DNA of 58,922 nt, counting the filler. It is 5 parts of 5 records of this genome, joined end to end, with 100 filler letters (N's around TTAATTAATTAA, not from the genome) between each part and the next. Parts side by side here need not be neighbours in the genome. Positions count along the whole stretch, not along the records: positions 27,950 to 51,382 come from SRR31147125_59502; 4 more parts are not named here. The stretch is one strand, 5' to 3'. Each line of letters starts with the position of its first letter. Position 1 is the first letter of the stretch. Below, piece after piece: positions 30,070 to 39,727 of the stretch. Position numbers and translations under genes: made by a program. A model generated the notes under the pieces. It was not told where the DNA came from. It did not search any database and worked only from the letters and a program-made list of their open reading frames with translations.

Positions 30070-33039
30070 GTGGGTCAGTTTAAGAGTTTAATTAGAGTAT
30101 TGGCGGTCTCTGCGTGCATTTTTAGCATGCTTTTTGCGCAATCCGGTAAGATCACAGGAACTGTACTGGATGAAGTCAGCGGTGAAGCATTAGCCGGTGC
30201 GAATGTTATTCTGACTGATCTTTCCATGGGTGCCGCTACAGATATTGACGGAAACTTTGTCATTCTAAATGTCCCACCGGGCACCTATACATTAAAATAT
30301 ACCTATATCGGTTATTCGACCGTTACCATAGAGAATGTACAAGTTCAGATCAACAGATCTACACGCATGGATGCGGAAATGCAGGTCGAAGCATACGCCG
30401 GAGAGGAAGTTATCGTTACAGCCGAACGCGCTATTGTTGAACCGAATAAAACCACCTCATCCACATATTATGAAGACAAAGATATCGCGGCCATGCCGGT
30501 TGACGGTATTCGCGATGTCATGGAAATGACTGCGGGTGTATCCATGAATGCCGATGGCTCCATTTCAATTCGTGGTGGCAGCGGTTATGATGTATCCTAC
30601 TCGGTCAATGGCATGAAAAGCATGACCACCAATACCGGTGCAACGGCATACGGTGGTTCGGGAATGACTGAAAAGTCCGAATCTTCATGGAAAATGGAGA
30701 TGAATCCGCTGGCTATCGCACAAATGGAAGTTATTACCGGTGGTTTTAATGCCGAATACGGAAATGCTCAGTCGGGATTGGTTAATGTAGTCACTAAAGA
30801 AGGTGGTTCAAAATTTACCGGTGGTTTTCGCTTTGAATACCGTCCCGCAGGTCAATATCACTGGGGTGATTACCTCTATTCCAAAGATCAGCCCGAATGG
30901 CAGGAATGGGGAAATCTGGATGCCTGGTTGGCTCAGGAGAATATCAGCGACAGTTCAGCTGTAACCAATTATAATCTTTGGGTAAAGAATCACAGCATCG
31001 AAGGCGATAATATTTATTTATATGATTATGATGCCGCAACAGGTGATACCAGTGGTTACTGGACGACTAACGGTGAAAATATCTTGGGTGTTTATGATTA
31101 TCGCACCATGCCGAAAACACGTTATTTGTTTTCTTTAGGCGGACCTTTAGGCTTTGATGGAAATAAGCTGTCCTTCTTTGTATCCGGCGAATTACGGACT
31201 AAACCCACACGATTGCCGACCGTTGAGCAAAAGCAGGATCTTCAGAATATCACCATGACCTTCTCATATAAACCCGGGGATCGGCACAGCTTTAAATTTA
31301 CAAATATGTACCAGCATTATGCTTCGGGCATGGGTTCCGGCTCCATCGATATCCGCTGGGCGGGTTTAAGCGGTACTTACGGAGCAAAAAAGAAATATAC
31401 TCTGGTCTACGATGCGCTTCGCGATGAAAAAGTCTCATCACAGAATTTGAATTATAAGTTCATGATCGATCAGGGATCATATCTTGATGTGAATGTAACG
31501 CATCAATACGAAGAAATGTCTTCCATTCAAACTCCAACTCCCGGTATTGATAAAGATAAACAGTTGTTGTCTCAAGGACGTATCACCGAGCGCTTGCTTG
31601 AAGATGAAGGTCCCTGGTATCTGGATTATAGAAAATATTACACCTGGTCATCATTGTATAATCAGGCCTCATTGACCAATCTTTGGAGCGGTCGGGTTTC
31701 TTATGCCAATCAGGTGAATGAATCACATTATATTAAAGCAGGTGTTGAAGCCTGGCAAATGGATCAGGATTACAATGCTTCCTCTTCCTTGACCGTCTCG
31801 TCCTTTATCTGGAGAACCGGTTTTTCCACAAATTACAAAGCCAAAACAAGATATGCGGCGGCTTATGTCCAGGATCAGATCGAATTTTCCGGACTTGTGG
31901 CCAATGTCGGACTACGTTTAGATGCTTATAATTTCGGCGGCGATGTTCCGGTCTATCCTTTTGAAGTCTTTTATCCTGCCGAGAATGAAGGTTTCTCCGG
32001 CGGTATCGGCATTCCTGCCTGGGACGATTCAAAAACCTATGCCAGATTGTCTCCGAGAGCCGGTTTGTCATTCCCGATCTCCGATAAGACGGTTTTCCGT
32101 GTTCAGTATGGTCATTTCACTTCCATGCCATTGGTTGTACATGCTTTGGATAATCAGACCAATCATGGCTGGGGTATGATCGGGAATCCCAATCTTGAAC
32201 CACAATTAAGTGTAAATTACGAGATCGGAATCCAGCAGAATCTCTGGAATACACATCAGCTTGATGTTGTAACCTATTACAACGACCTAAAAAATCAAGT
32301 TTCAGGCGTCAGCATGGAAACCACGGCCGGTTCCATTAAAAAAAGCGGCGATTATTACGGCACGTATACGACCTATCTCAATAATGCCTATGGAAGCTCC
32401 CAGGGAGTGGAGATCTCCTTCTCAAACCGCCGTGTGGATCGCTGGCGCTATCGCATGACTTACACTTTAGCACAGGTAAAGCGTGGTTACCACGGTTATT
32501 ACATCATTCTTGAAGACATGACGCCCGAATTGGAACAAAAATATACATACAGCGCCTCGGATTATACTTCAGGTGAAGATAGAACACACCGTTTTAACGG
32601 ATCATTGACCTACACGATGCCTGCAAAGAGTGGACCGCAGATCGGTGCCATTTATCCTTTCGAGAACATGAGCATCGGCTTGATCTACAGAGTGTCCAGT
32701 GGATTAGCCTACTATTGGTCACCCTCCTACGTGGCGGATGCCAATATTGAAAGCAATCGCAGATATCCTCTTGAATCCAATACCGATCTGCAAATAGAAA
32801 AGAATATCAGATTAACAAATGGGATCAGCATTGTAGCTTCGATCCGAGTATCGAACTTGTTCAATAATAAACAATTGACGCCCATTTACAGCGGCGAACT
32901 TTCCAGATGGGTACAGCGCTCAGCGACTTACGAAGATCCCGATACAGATCCCGATCGGGACGTGAGACTTTACAACTACTATCAGGTATACAAGAATGTA
33001 CCGCGTGAAATTTACATAAACGTGGGATTTAATTTCTAA
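30070..33039 (+). CDS. TonB-dependent receptor with an N-terminal carboxypeptidase-regulatory-like domain
   Basis: Signal peptide; GKITG.V.D..SGE.L.GANV; plug 'IRGG', 'GGFNAEYGNAQSG.VN.VTKEG'; 'GNPNLEP'; C-terminal aromatic strand GFNF. Confidence 0.92.
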   Translation: MGQFKSLIRVLAVSACIFSMLFAQSGKITGTVLDEVSGEALAGANVILTDLSMGAATDIDGNFVILNVPPGTYTLKYTYIGYSTVTIENVQVQINRSTRMDAEMQVEAYAGEEVIVTAERAIVEPNKTTSSTYYEDKDIAAMPVDGIRDVMEMTAGVSMNADGSISIRGGSGYDVSYSVNGMKSMTTNTGATAYGGSGMTEKSESSWKMEMNPLAIAQMEVITGGFNAEYGNAQSGLVNVVTKEGGSKFTGGFRFEYRPAGQYHWGDYLYSKDQPEWQEWGNLDAWLAQENISDSSAVTNYNLWVKNHSIEGDNIYLYDYDAATGDTSGYWTTNGENILGVYDYRTMPKTRYLFSLGGPLGFDGNKLSFFVSGELRTKPTRLPTVEQKQDLQNITMTFSYKPGDRHSFKFTNMYQHYASGMGSGSIDIRWAGLSGTYGAKKKYTLVYDALRDEKVSSQNLNYKFMIDQGSYLDVNVTHQYEEMSSIQTPTPGIDKDKQLLSQGRITERLLEDEGPWYLDYRKYYTWSSLYNQASLTNLWSGRVSYANQVNESHYIKAGVEAWQMDQDYNASSSLTVSSFIWRTGFSTNYKAKTRYAAAYVQDQIEFSGLVANVGLRLDAYNFGGDVPVYPFEVFYPAENEGFSGGIGIPAWDDSKTYARLSPRAGLSFPISDKTVFRVQYGHFTSMPLVVHALDNQTNHGWGMIGNPNLEPQLSVNYEIGIQQNLWNTHQLDVVTYYNDLKNQVSGVSMETTAGSIKKSGDYYGTYTTYLNNAYGSSQGVEISFSNRRVDRWRYRMTYTLAQVKRGYHGYYIILEDMTPELEQKYTYSASDYTSGEDRTHRFNGSLTYTMPAKSGPQIGAIYPFENMSIGLIYRVSSGLAYYWSPSYVADANIESNRRYPLESNTDLQIEKNIRLTNGISIVASIRVSNLFNNKQLTPIYSGELSRWVQRSATYEDPDTDPDRDVRLYNYYQVYKNVPREIYINVGFNF

Positions 33040-35063
33040 TGACAAAACGCAATTTACATTTTGGCTTGCTTTTTATTTTCCTGACTGCCATTTCATTGAT
33101 GGGAGCAGGGGAGACCCGTTTGATCGAATTGACGCGTGGTCGACTTTGGCATGCCCTGCATTATACACAGGAATGTGAACCCTTGGCCGATTGGCGCACC
33201 ATGTCCTATGGCTTGGACTGGCCCGGCTATGACGTCTCCGGTTTAAGCGTGAATTTCGGTGGTACCTATTCACATATCGTATCTGCCGGTTTTTACGTAA
33301 CTGCCATGCGAACTCAAGCACCCGATACCGTTCAAGGCTGGATGGATTTTGCCTTGAATGGTGACAGAAATACTTCCTGGGAACAAGGAAAAATGCCTTT
33401 TGTGGCTCGTAAGCACGAAAGAAAATGGGAAAATGGCGAAAATCATTATTGTTTGGCATCTCCTTATCAAGCCGAAGAAGTGATCCTTTCCGAATGGGAA
33501 AAAGATCCGCAGTTCGTTGATGCGAACACCGAAAATAAGAAATTCAATCTGAATGTAAAACGAACTGTCATGCAATGGAGCGGTTCAAAAGCGGACCAGG
33601 ATTATATTATAACGAAATATGTCATTTCTACACTGCGTACTGAACGTGCGGGCGTAGATAGTGCATACTTCTTATTTACTTATGCTTTAAGTCCGACTGC
33701 CCGTGCCTGGAATTATACCAATCCAAATCATCCCTCCGGTGCAAGAAATACTATCGGAAGATGGAATGAAGACAAGAAAAGTCTAACTGCCTGGGCAGGT
33801 GATTATGCGGAAACCTCTGAAGATGAAGCATTCGGACATTACTCCTATCTTTCTTATAACTCATTTACCAGTGAATATGAAGAAACCTCCGAATATATGG
33901 CGCCGGCAAAGATCGGTATCAAGTTATTGGATGATTTCTCGGCATTCGATACCACATCAAGATTCAACGGTTTTGTATGGGCACAAGGACCATCTTCATC
34001 GGATTATGAAGGTCCATTTGCAGGTGTATCGGGACTAGAGAATAAATATAATGCCATGGCGAACCCCATGCTGCTGAATGAAGCATTTACCGATACGAAT
34101 GATGTTCGAATGGGTAACGGTCGCTTATATGCGAATTTTTCCTTCGGTCCTTATGATCTTTTCGGACGAGGTGTTGATTCCGTCGTGATCCTTTTTGCAG
34201 AGTATGTAGGCGGTGCGGACTTTAAAACAAGTAGAACACTTACTTACGCTGAAAAAGACAGTATTACGGCTTTAGCAGATTCGGCGATGAGCTACCTGGA
34301 AGATCGCGTCAAATTCAATTATGATCATGATCTTTGCGTTCCCCTTCCTCCGGTTGCTCCTGATTTTACAGTTACAGCTATAGATTCCAGTGGTAAGGTA
34401 GGGAACAGGATAGCATTTTCCGATTCCGTTGAAAGCATTACCGATCCTCAGGAAGATGTAATTGATATTGCCGGTTACCGGGTGTATCGAAGTGGTTCCT
34501 ACCCAATGGGGCCCTGGGAAATGATCGCGGATATTCCGGTTCAGAGTTCGAATTATTGGAATTCATTAACAGAGCAGTATGAACTGGACGATTTTCTCGT
34601 CGCCATGGGATATGGTTATTACTATGCCGTCACAGCTTATGACGAAGGTGATGATTCCTGGTCGGTGGATCCAAGCGTTTCCGTTCCATCTTTAGAAAGC
34701 TCATTATATGCAAATAGATCGACAGAAGCCTTTTTTACAACCCTTAGGCCCGCCTCAGAAGACGATGGACTCTCAAAGGTGGCCGTGGTACCCAATCCTT
34801 TTTATTTAAGTTCAGGACTCTCTTTTGCGGGGGACAGCAAGAAGATCCAGTTCGTGAATCTACCTGAAGTCTGTACGATCAGGATATTCACTGTTCGCGG
34901 TGATCTGGTCAAGACAATTGAACATAACGACAGTGAATCGGGGACTGCGTCATGGAATCAGATCTCCGAATATGGACAATATATCAAGAGCGGTTTATAC
35001 TTTTATCACATAGAAACGCCGGATGGACTTGAAACCCGCGGCAAATTTGCAATTGTGAACTAG
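33039..35063 (+). CDS. Secreted hypothetical protein with FnIII-like and C-terminal sorting (T9SS-CTD-like) domains; TonB-receptor partner
   Basis: Signal peptide; 'GYRVYRS', 'YYYAVTAYD'; C-terminal 'VVPNPF...IQFVNLP..CTIRIFT.RGDLV...SGLYFYHIE...GKFAIVN'; coupled to the receptor by TAATG. Confidence 0.75.
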   Translation: MTKRNLHFGLLFIFLTAISLMGAGETRLIELTRGRLWHALHYTQECEPLADWRTMSYGLDWPGYDVSGLSVNFGGTYSHIVSAGFYVTAMRTQAPDTVQGWMDFALNGDRNTSWEQGKMPFVARKHERKWENGENHYCLASPYQAEEVILSEWEKDPQFVDANTENKKFNLNVKRTVMQWSGSKADQDYIITKYVISTLRTERAGVDSAYFLFTYALSPTARAWNYTNPNHPSGARNTIGRWNEDKKSLTAWAGDYAETSEDEAFGHYSYLSYNSFTSEYEETSEYMAPAKIGIKLLDDFSAFDTTSRFNGFVWAQGPSSSDYEGPFAGVSGLENKYNAMANPMLLNEAFTDTNDVRMGNGRLYANFSFGPYDLFGRGVDSVVILFAEYVGGADFKTSRTLTYAEKDSITALADSAMSYLEDRVKFNYDHDLCVPLPPVAPDFTVTAIDSSGKVGNRIAFSDSVESITDPQEDVIDIAGYRVYRSGSYPMGPWEMIADIPVQSSNYWNSLTEQYELDDFLVAMGYGYYYAVTAYDEGDDSWSVDPSVSVPSLESSLYANRSTEAFFTTLRPASEDDGLSKVAVVPNPFYLSSGLSFAGDSKKIQFVNLPEVCTIRIFTVRGDLVKTIEHNDSESGTASWNQISEYGQYIKSGLYFYHIETPDGLETRGKFAIVN

Positions 35064-35069
35064 GAAGGC

Positions 35070-36059
35070 ATGATGAATAAATATAGAAAAATATTGATCA
35101 TCGCATTGCTGGCATTGTCAGTTATGGCTACTTCCTACGCCGAAGAATTCCAGAAAACCGGTACAACCGGCTTTGTTTTCCTGAATTTACCGGTGTCATC
35201 CCGCTATGCTGCTATGGGCGAAACAGGTATTTCCATGCCGAATGGTCAGGCAGATGGTATCTTTATCAATCCCGCGCTTATTGCACACAGCAATGCACCG
35301 AACGCTTTTTCAGTTACATTTGGTGACTGGTACTTGGATACGGAGCATCATTCAGCATCATATATTAGGAATGTTCCATTGGTGGGATCTGTGGGTGTTT
35401 TTGCCAATATCTTCAACTACGGTGAAATGCAACGCACTCGCTTCTTTGCCCAGGATGAAGTTGATCAATTCACGGGTGATGAAAACAACATTTATTTAAA
35501 TACGGGCACTTTCAATGCAGGAGCATTTGCGCTTGGCATATCATATGCCCGACAAATGACCGATAAATTCACTTTTGGCGCCAATTTAAAGTACGTCCGG
35601 GAGTATATAGCAGAATATTATGCTCAAAATGTACTGGTTGACATGGGATTCTTCTATCAGACTGAATTCTCATCGCTTCGTATCGGTGCATTTTTAAAGA
35701 ATTTCGGACTTGAGACCCAGTACGTGAACGAGAAATTCAAGATGCCACAGCAGATGACACTTGGAATTTCCTTCGAACCTCTTGGTTCTTTGGATGACCC
35801 TACTTATGTATCGGTCAATGTCGAAGCGGTGCATCCCAATGATATGAGCGAACATATCAATTTCGGTGTCGAATCCAGAATAGCAAATCTTCTTGTTTTG
35901 CGTGCCGGTTATAAGTTCGGTTATGAATTCGAAGATTTCACCATCGGTATCGGTGTTCACTTTGTATTTAAAGGCCGCGACCTTAATCTTGATATCTCAT
36001 ATATGCATCACGAATACCTTGAAAACACACTGAGATATACTTTGAGTATGGAATTATAA
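35070..36059 (+). CDS. PorV/PorQ family outer-membrane beta-barrel
   Basis: 'KTGTTGFVFL.LPVS.R..AMG', 'FINPA.', 'GISYAR.MTDKF.FG...KY', 'HPND...NFG.E', 'LRAGY'. Confidence 0.82.
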   Translation: MMNKYRKILIIALLALSVMATSYAEEFQKTGTTGFVFLNLPVSSRYAAMGETGISMPNGQADGIFINPALIAHSNAPNAFSVTFGDWYLDTEHHSASYIRNVPLVGSVGVFANIFNYGEMQRTRFFAQDEVDQFTGDENNIYLNTGTFNAGAFALGISYARQMTDKFTFGANLKYVREYIAEYYAQNVLVDMGFFYQTEFSSLRIGAFLKNFGLETQYVNEKFKMPQQMTLGISFEPLGSLDDPTYVSVNVEAVHPNDMSEHINFGVESRIANLLVLRAGYKFGYEFEDFTIGIGVHFVFKGRDLNLDISYMHHEYLENTLRYTLSMEL

Positions 36060-36961
36060 TGATAAAACGCTATGCAAAATATGTCATCCTTTTAACTTTA
36101 TTCAGTGCTTTAGCATTCGCTCAGGCACCGATCAAGCTATCAGTTAAACTGGGCGGACAAACACAAAATGCCCAATATAGAGCAGAAAGTGCATTCGGAT
36201 GGGCTGCAAGCGGAAAACTATCCTATGAAATCGGCAAGAATATCGATCTTTCATTGGATGTAGCTTATGATCATGTCGTATTGGACGAAGATTCCGTCAT
36301 ACTCGAATGGGATTGGGCCTATTGGGATGAACGCTATATCGATTGGCTGCTTACCGGTGCGAGTCAGGAAGAAGCTGATTCTATTTCAACCGTACTTGAA
36401 TACTGGCGTCCGGATTCATCTTATCATGGTGTTTTTCAACCTTATCAATGGATGGATGAGATCCGTCTGACATTTTCAACTGATTACAATATTCCACTGG
36501 GTAATAAACTCAGTATGTTCGGTTCACTTGGTGCCGGTATGAGCATTTATTCCAGACGACTAAAAGTTGTAGAAGACTGGATGAAAGTCTTTAACTGGGA
36601 ATGGGACAGTACGGCTGTTGCCGAAGGTACTCTCGATGAAGATGAATATGATAATTATTTGATTTTCATGGGATTGCATGAAGAAGATCCTACAACTTAT
36701 CAACTTGATTCAACAAATTCAGTCTATAAAATAACATATGATTACTTTGCACAGGTCACTCATTTTGCTCCTGATAAAAAGGGTGTCAAATTCTATTTGA
36801 GTCCCAGCATTGGTTTGCGTTACGGTATCTCTGAGGATATAGATATTGAATGTGCATATCAGGGCATATTCTACTTGAATGTGGGCGACGGAGCAACAAA
36901 AGAACAATTTCCGATCAGATCAAAAAGCATGATCTGGTTAGGATTAACATTTAAATATTAA
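36059..36961 (+). CDS. Putative small outer-membrane beta-barrel with long loop insertions
   Basis: Signal peptide, alternating beta-strands, C-terminal 'WLGLTFKY'. Confidence 0.6.
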   Translation: MIKRYAKYVILLTLFSALAFAQAPIKLSVKLGGQTQNAQYRAESAFGWAASGKLSYEIGKNIDLSLDVAYDHVVLDEDSVILEWDWAYWDERYIDWLLTGASQEEADSISTVLEYWRPDSSYHGVFQPYQWMDEIRLTFSTDYNIPLGNKLSMFGSLGAGMSIYSRRLKVVEDWMKVFNWEWDSTAVAEGTLDEDEYDNYLIFMGLHEEDPTTYQLDSTNSVYKITYDYFAQVTHFAPDKKGVKFYLSPSIGLRYGISEDIDIECAYQGIFYLNVGDGATKEQFPIRSKSMIWLGLTFKY

Positions 36962-36967
36962 CGAGGT

Positions 36968-36991
36968 GTAGGGACAAGGCATGCCTTGTCC
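36968..36991 (+). repeat. GTAG-family REP element
   Basis: GTAG followed by the perfect 20-bp palindrome GGACAAGGCATGCCTTGTCC, in a 39-bp intergenic gap. Confidence 0.75.
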
Positions 36992-37000
36992 TGATAATAG

Positions 37001-37645
37001 ATGAAACGATCAATTTTATTATTCCTGATAATCCTTGCTTTTGCAACACCCCTCTCCGCACAATACACGGGTCAGTGGGGCATGCATGTAGAAGCAAGCG
37101 GCAATCTTGCTGTTGGTGAACTGAAAGAGTGGTTCGTAGCCGGTTATCAGTTTGAGCTCGGGATTGGCCAACAACAGGATTCTCCCTGGTATATTGAAGG
37201 ACTGATCGATTATTCGTCATTCTCAAATACTCAAATCATATCAAATGCCCTTGGTACACCTCTTGATGAAGTTCCTTTGTCCTTATGGTATATTGGTGTG
37301 ATGGCACAGGGAAAATACAAATTAAGTTCAGGAAATTTTAGGCCTTATTTAAGTATTGCGGGTGGACCGCATTACTGGAAAGGAACTCGTGGAGCGATCG
37401 CTGAAAATGCAGAGCTGGCTATTCCTGAAATACCTGAAAAAGTACTGAGTGAATGGAATATGGGATTTAAAGCGGGTATTGGTACTGAGATCCTGCTGAC
37501 AGATTTGATCAGCATTGATGCAGGATTGAACTATCGTTTAGTTATTGGGTCACTTTGGCCAACCATGCAAGAACACATCGAATTGGAAGCCGTGAACGGA
37601 TTTTCCAGTTTGGGATTGAAAATAAGAACAAATGTTTATTTTTAA
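37001..37645 (+). CDS. Outer-membrane beta-barrel protein (8-stranded OmpA/OmpW-like)
   Basis: Signal peptide; 'RPYLSIAGG', 'GFKAGIGTE', 'IDAGLNY'; C-terminal F. Confidence 0.72.
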   Translation: MKRSILLFLIILAFATPLSAQYTGQWGMHVEASGNLAVGELKEWFVAGYQFELGIGQQQDSPWYIEGLIDYSSFSNTQIISNALGTPLDEVPLSLWYIGVMAQGKYKLSSGNFRPYLSIAGGPHYWKGTRGAIAENAELAIPEIPEKVLSEWNMGFKAGIGTEILLTDLISIDAGLNYRLVIGSLWPTMQEHIELEAVNGFSSLGLKIRTNVYF

Positions 37646-37720
37646 GTCGGGAAGTCGATGAGTCTATAAGTCGATAATTCAGTGCAATCAATCGACTTAT
37701 CAACTTATCGACTAATCGAC
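37646..37720. repeat. Long imperfect hairpin built from 8-bp units (AGTCGATA x4 / ATCGACTT x4)
   Basis: GTCGGGAA GTCGATGA GTCTATAA GTCGAT - 15-nt loop - ATCGACTT ATCAACTT ATCGACTA ATCGAC. Confidence 0.75.
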
Positions 37721-37750
37721 AAACAAATTGATGAGAATTAGGAGTTTAAA

Positions 37751-39727
37751 ATGAAAAGAATGTTAACGTTTTTACTGGTCATTGTCTTGAGTGTCAGCTC
37801 TTTAATGGCCTATGAAAAAATATGGGCACGTTACGACCTGATCGATGTCGGTAATGACGTCACCCGCAGTATTGCATTTAATCCTGTTGCGGATGAGGTC
37901 TATGTTGCCACCCGATTGAATGGAGATGCCTTTGTTCTGGTTCTTGATCCGGAAACCGGTGCGACCTTGGATACACTTGCTCGTCCGGATGGTGCCTACA
38001 GTGGCGGGGTTTACCCTTTGAACATGGTTGCGGTTGATGATGACGGCGCCATTTATGTCGGCAATCTTTCCGTGCCGGCCATTGTCGCGACAGATAAATT
38101 TAAAGTATACAAATACACTGATTCTTCAGCTGATCCCTTTGTAGTCTTTGAAAACGCGCTTGAAGGCGCACGTTTTGGCGATTCGATGGCAGCTATCGGT
38201 TCGGGTGAAAATGCCTGTGTTTACGTTTCCGGTATGGGAAATGATAAAATTGCTAAATTGACCGTTAGTGGTGATACCTTGACACTGGGTAAAAGCATTG
38301 TTCTTCCCGGCGGCGGGGCAGCCCGTCACGGAATTTCCCCGGTTGCACCCAATGGAAACATCTGGATCAATGGTACGGATGCTACGACATGGCAAGTACA
38401 TTTGATCGATGACGACGGCAATATTGTTGCCGCTGTCCCGGATACGATCATTGCAACGGGAACAAGTACCGTAACACACTGGAATGTTGGAAATATCCAT
38501 GCTATTACAGCAGTTTCTCCTTTTGGTACAAATGCGATCCGTTCAGCTCAATATTCTGTTTTCTCAGATGCCTTGGGTGATTCCTACACCTTTGATTATC
38601 TTGGTTGGAATTCGGATTCTCTTCTTTTCGCATATGATGGTACGACCCTGAATAATAATATCAACGGATCAGCCGTTTTAGCATATGATACCACACGCCA
38701 TTGCATGTACTCGGTAATGGGTGTTAACTCTGTTATGGCTGTTGGCATGGATCCGCTTGTGCAGATATCATCACCTCGTGACCACGGATATTTTACGGTC
38801 CAGATCGATGGTAAGAACAATGAATGGACCAATTTTGACCTGATGGAAATTGATGGTGACAGAAGATTGTATACGAACTGGGCAGATCAGATGATGTTTC
38901 TTGGCTTGACTGGGAACAGTCTTTATGCATCTTTTCAAAGTCAGCAATTATACATTGCTTTTGATACGGAAGCTTCTGCAGGAAGCACAACACCTCCGAC
39001 TAGTGAAGGCGGTGTTTCGCAATTGCCGTTTGCTGCTGATGTAGTTATTCGCTTTGATTCTGATTCATATCCTTTGATCGATCTTGAAGGTGATCCTGCA
39101 AGCAAATGGACAGGCGGTTATGTTTACAAGTATAATGGCACTTCATGGGCTTCAACTGAGATCACCGGATTTGATATCAACTACGGTGCCATGGCAGTTG
39201 TAGGGGACAGGAATGATTCATTGATCTCCGAGATCGCCATCGCCAAAACGGCAGCCGGTACCGGAACGGATCTGGGCGAGATCAAGTTTATGGCATACCT
39301 GACTGACGCCAGCTCGGTTTTGGCTTCATATCCAACTGCAAATGAAGGTACTTCATTCGACCATTACTATTTTGTGGACAGTCTGGGCACTGCTCAGTTA
39401 CCTCGCCGAGTTGTTAAGATCGATGGTGGAAATGGTGTGGGTATTGCCGATATGATCCCTGTAAATGCTTCATTGGAAGCTAATTACCCTAATCCATTCA
39501 ATCCCGTTACCAATATTCGTTATAACTTGAATACTGCGGGTTCTGCAGAGATCAGTATATACAATATGGCGGGTAAAAAAGTTCGCACACTGATCAATGC
39601 CTATCATGATGCAGGTTCCTACGAGATCAATTTCAATGCATCCACATTGAGTTCAGGTGTATATTTCTACAGATTAAAACAGAACGACACGATCATTCAA
39701 ACACGTAAAATGGTGTTAATGAAATAA
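37751..39727 (+). CDS. Secreted beta-propeller (DUF4623-like) protein with C-terminal sorting domain
   Basis: Signal peptide; 'RSIAFNP', 'IYVGNL', 'RFGD' shared with the repeats of 42894-47399; C-terminal 'NYPNPFNP...SSGVYFY...KMVLMK'. Confidence 0.7.
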   Translation: MKRMLTFLLVIVLSVSSLMAYEKIWARYDLIDVGNDVTRSIAFNPVADEVYVATRLNGDAFVLVLDPETGATLDTLARPDGAYSGGVYPLNMVAVDDDGAIYVGNLSVPAIVATDKFKVYKYTDSSADPFVVFENALEGARFGDSMAAIGSGENACVYVSGMGNDKIAKLTVSGDTLTLGKSIVLPGGGAARHGISPVAPNGNIWINGTDATTWQVHLIDDDGNIVAAVPDTIIATGTSTVTHWNVGNIHAITAVSPFGTNAIRSAQYSVFSDALGDSYTFDYLGWNSDSLLFAYDGTTLNNNINGSAVLAYDTTRHCMYSVMGVNSVMAVGMDPLVQISSPRDHGYFTVQIDGKNNEWTNFDLMEIDGDRRLYTNWADQMMFLGLTGNSLYASFQSQQLYIAFDTEASAGSTTPPTSEGGVSQLPFAADVVIRFDSDSYPLIDLEGDPASKWTGGYVYKYNGTSWASTEITGFDINYGAMAVVGDRNDSLISEIAIAKTAAGTGTDLGEIKFMAYLTDASSVLASYPTANEGTSFDHYYFVDSLGTAQLPRRVVKIDGGNGVGIADMIPVNASLEANYPNPFNPVTNIRYNLNTAGSAEISIYNMAGKKVRTLINAYHDAGSYEINFNASTLSSGVYFYRLKQNDTIIQTRKMVLMK

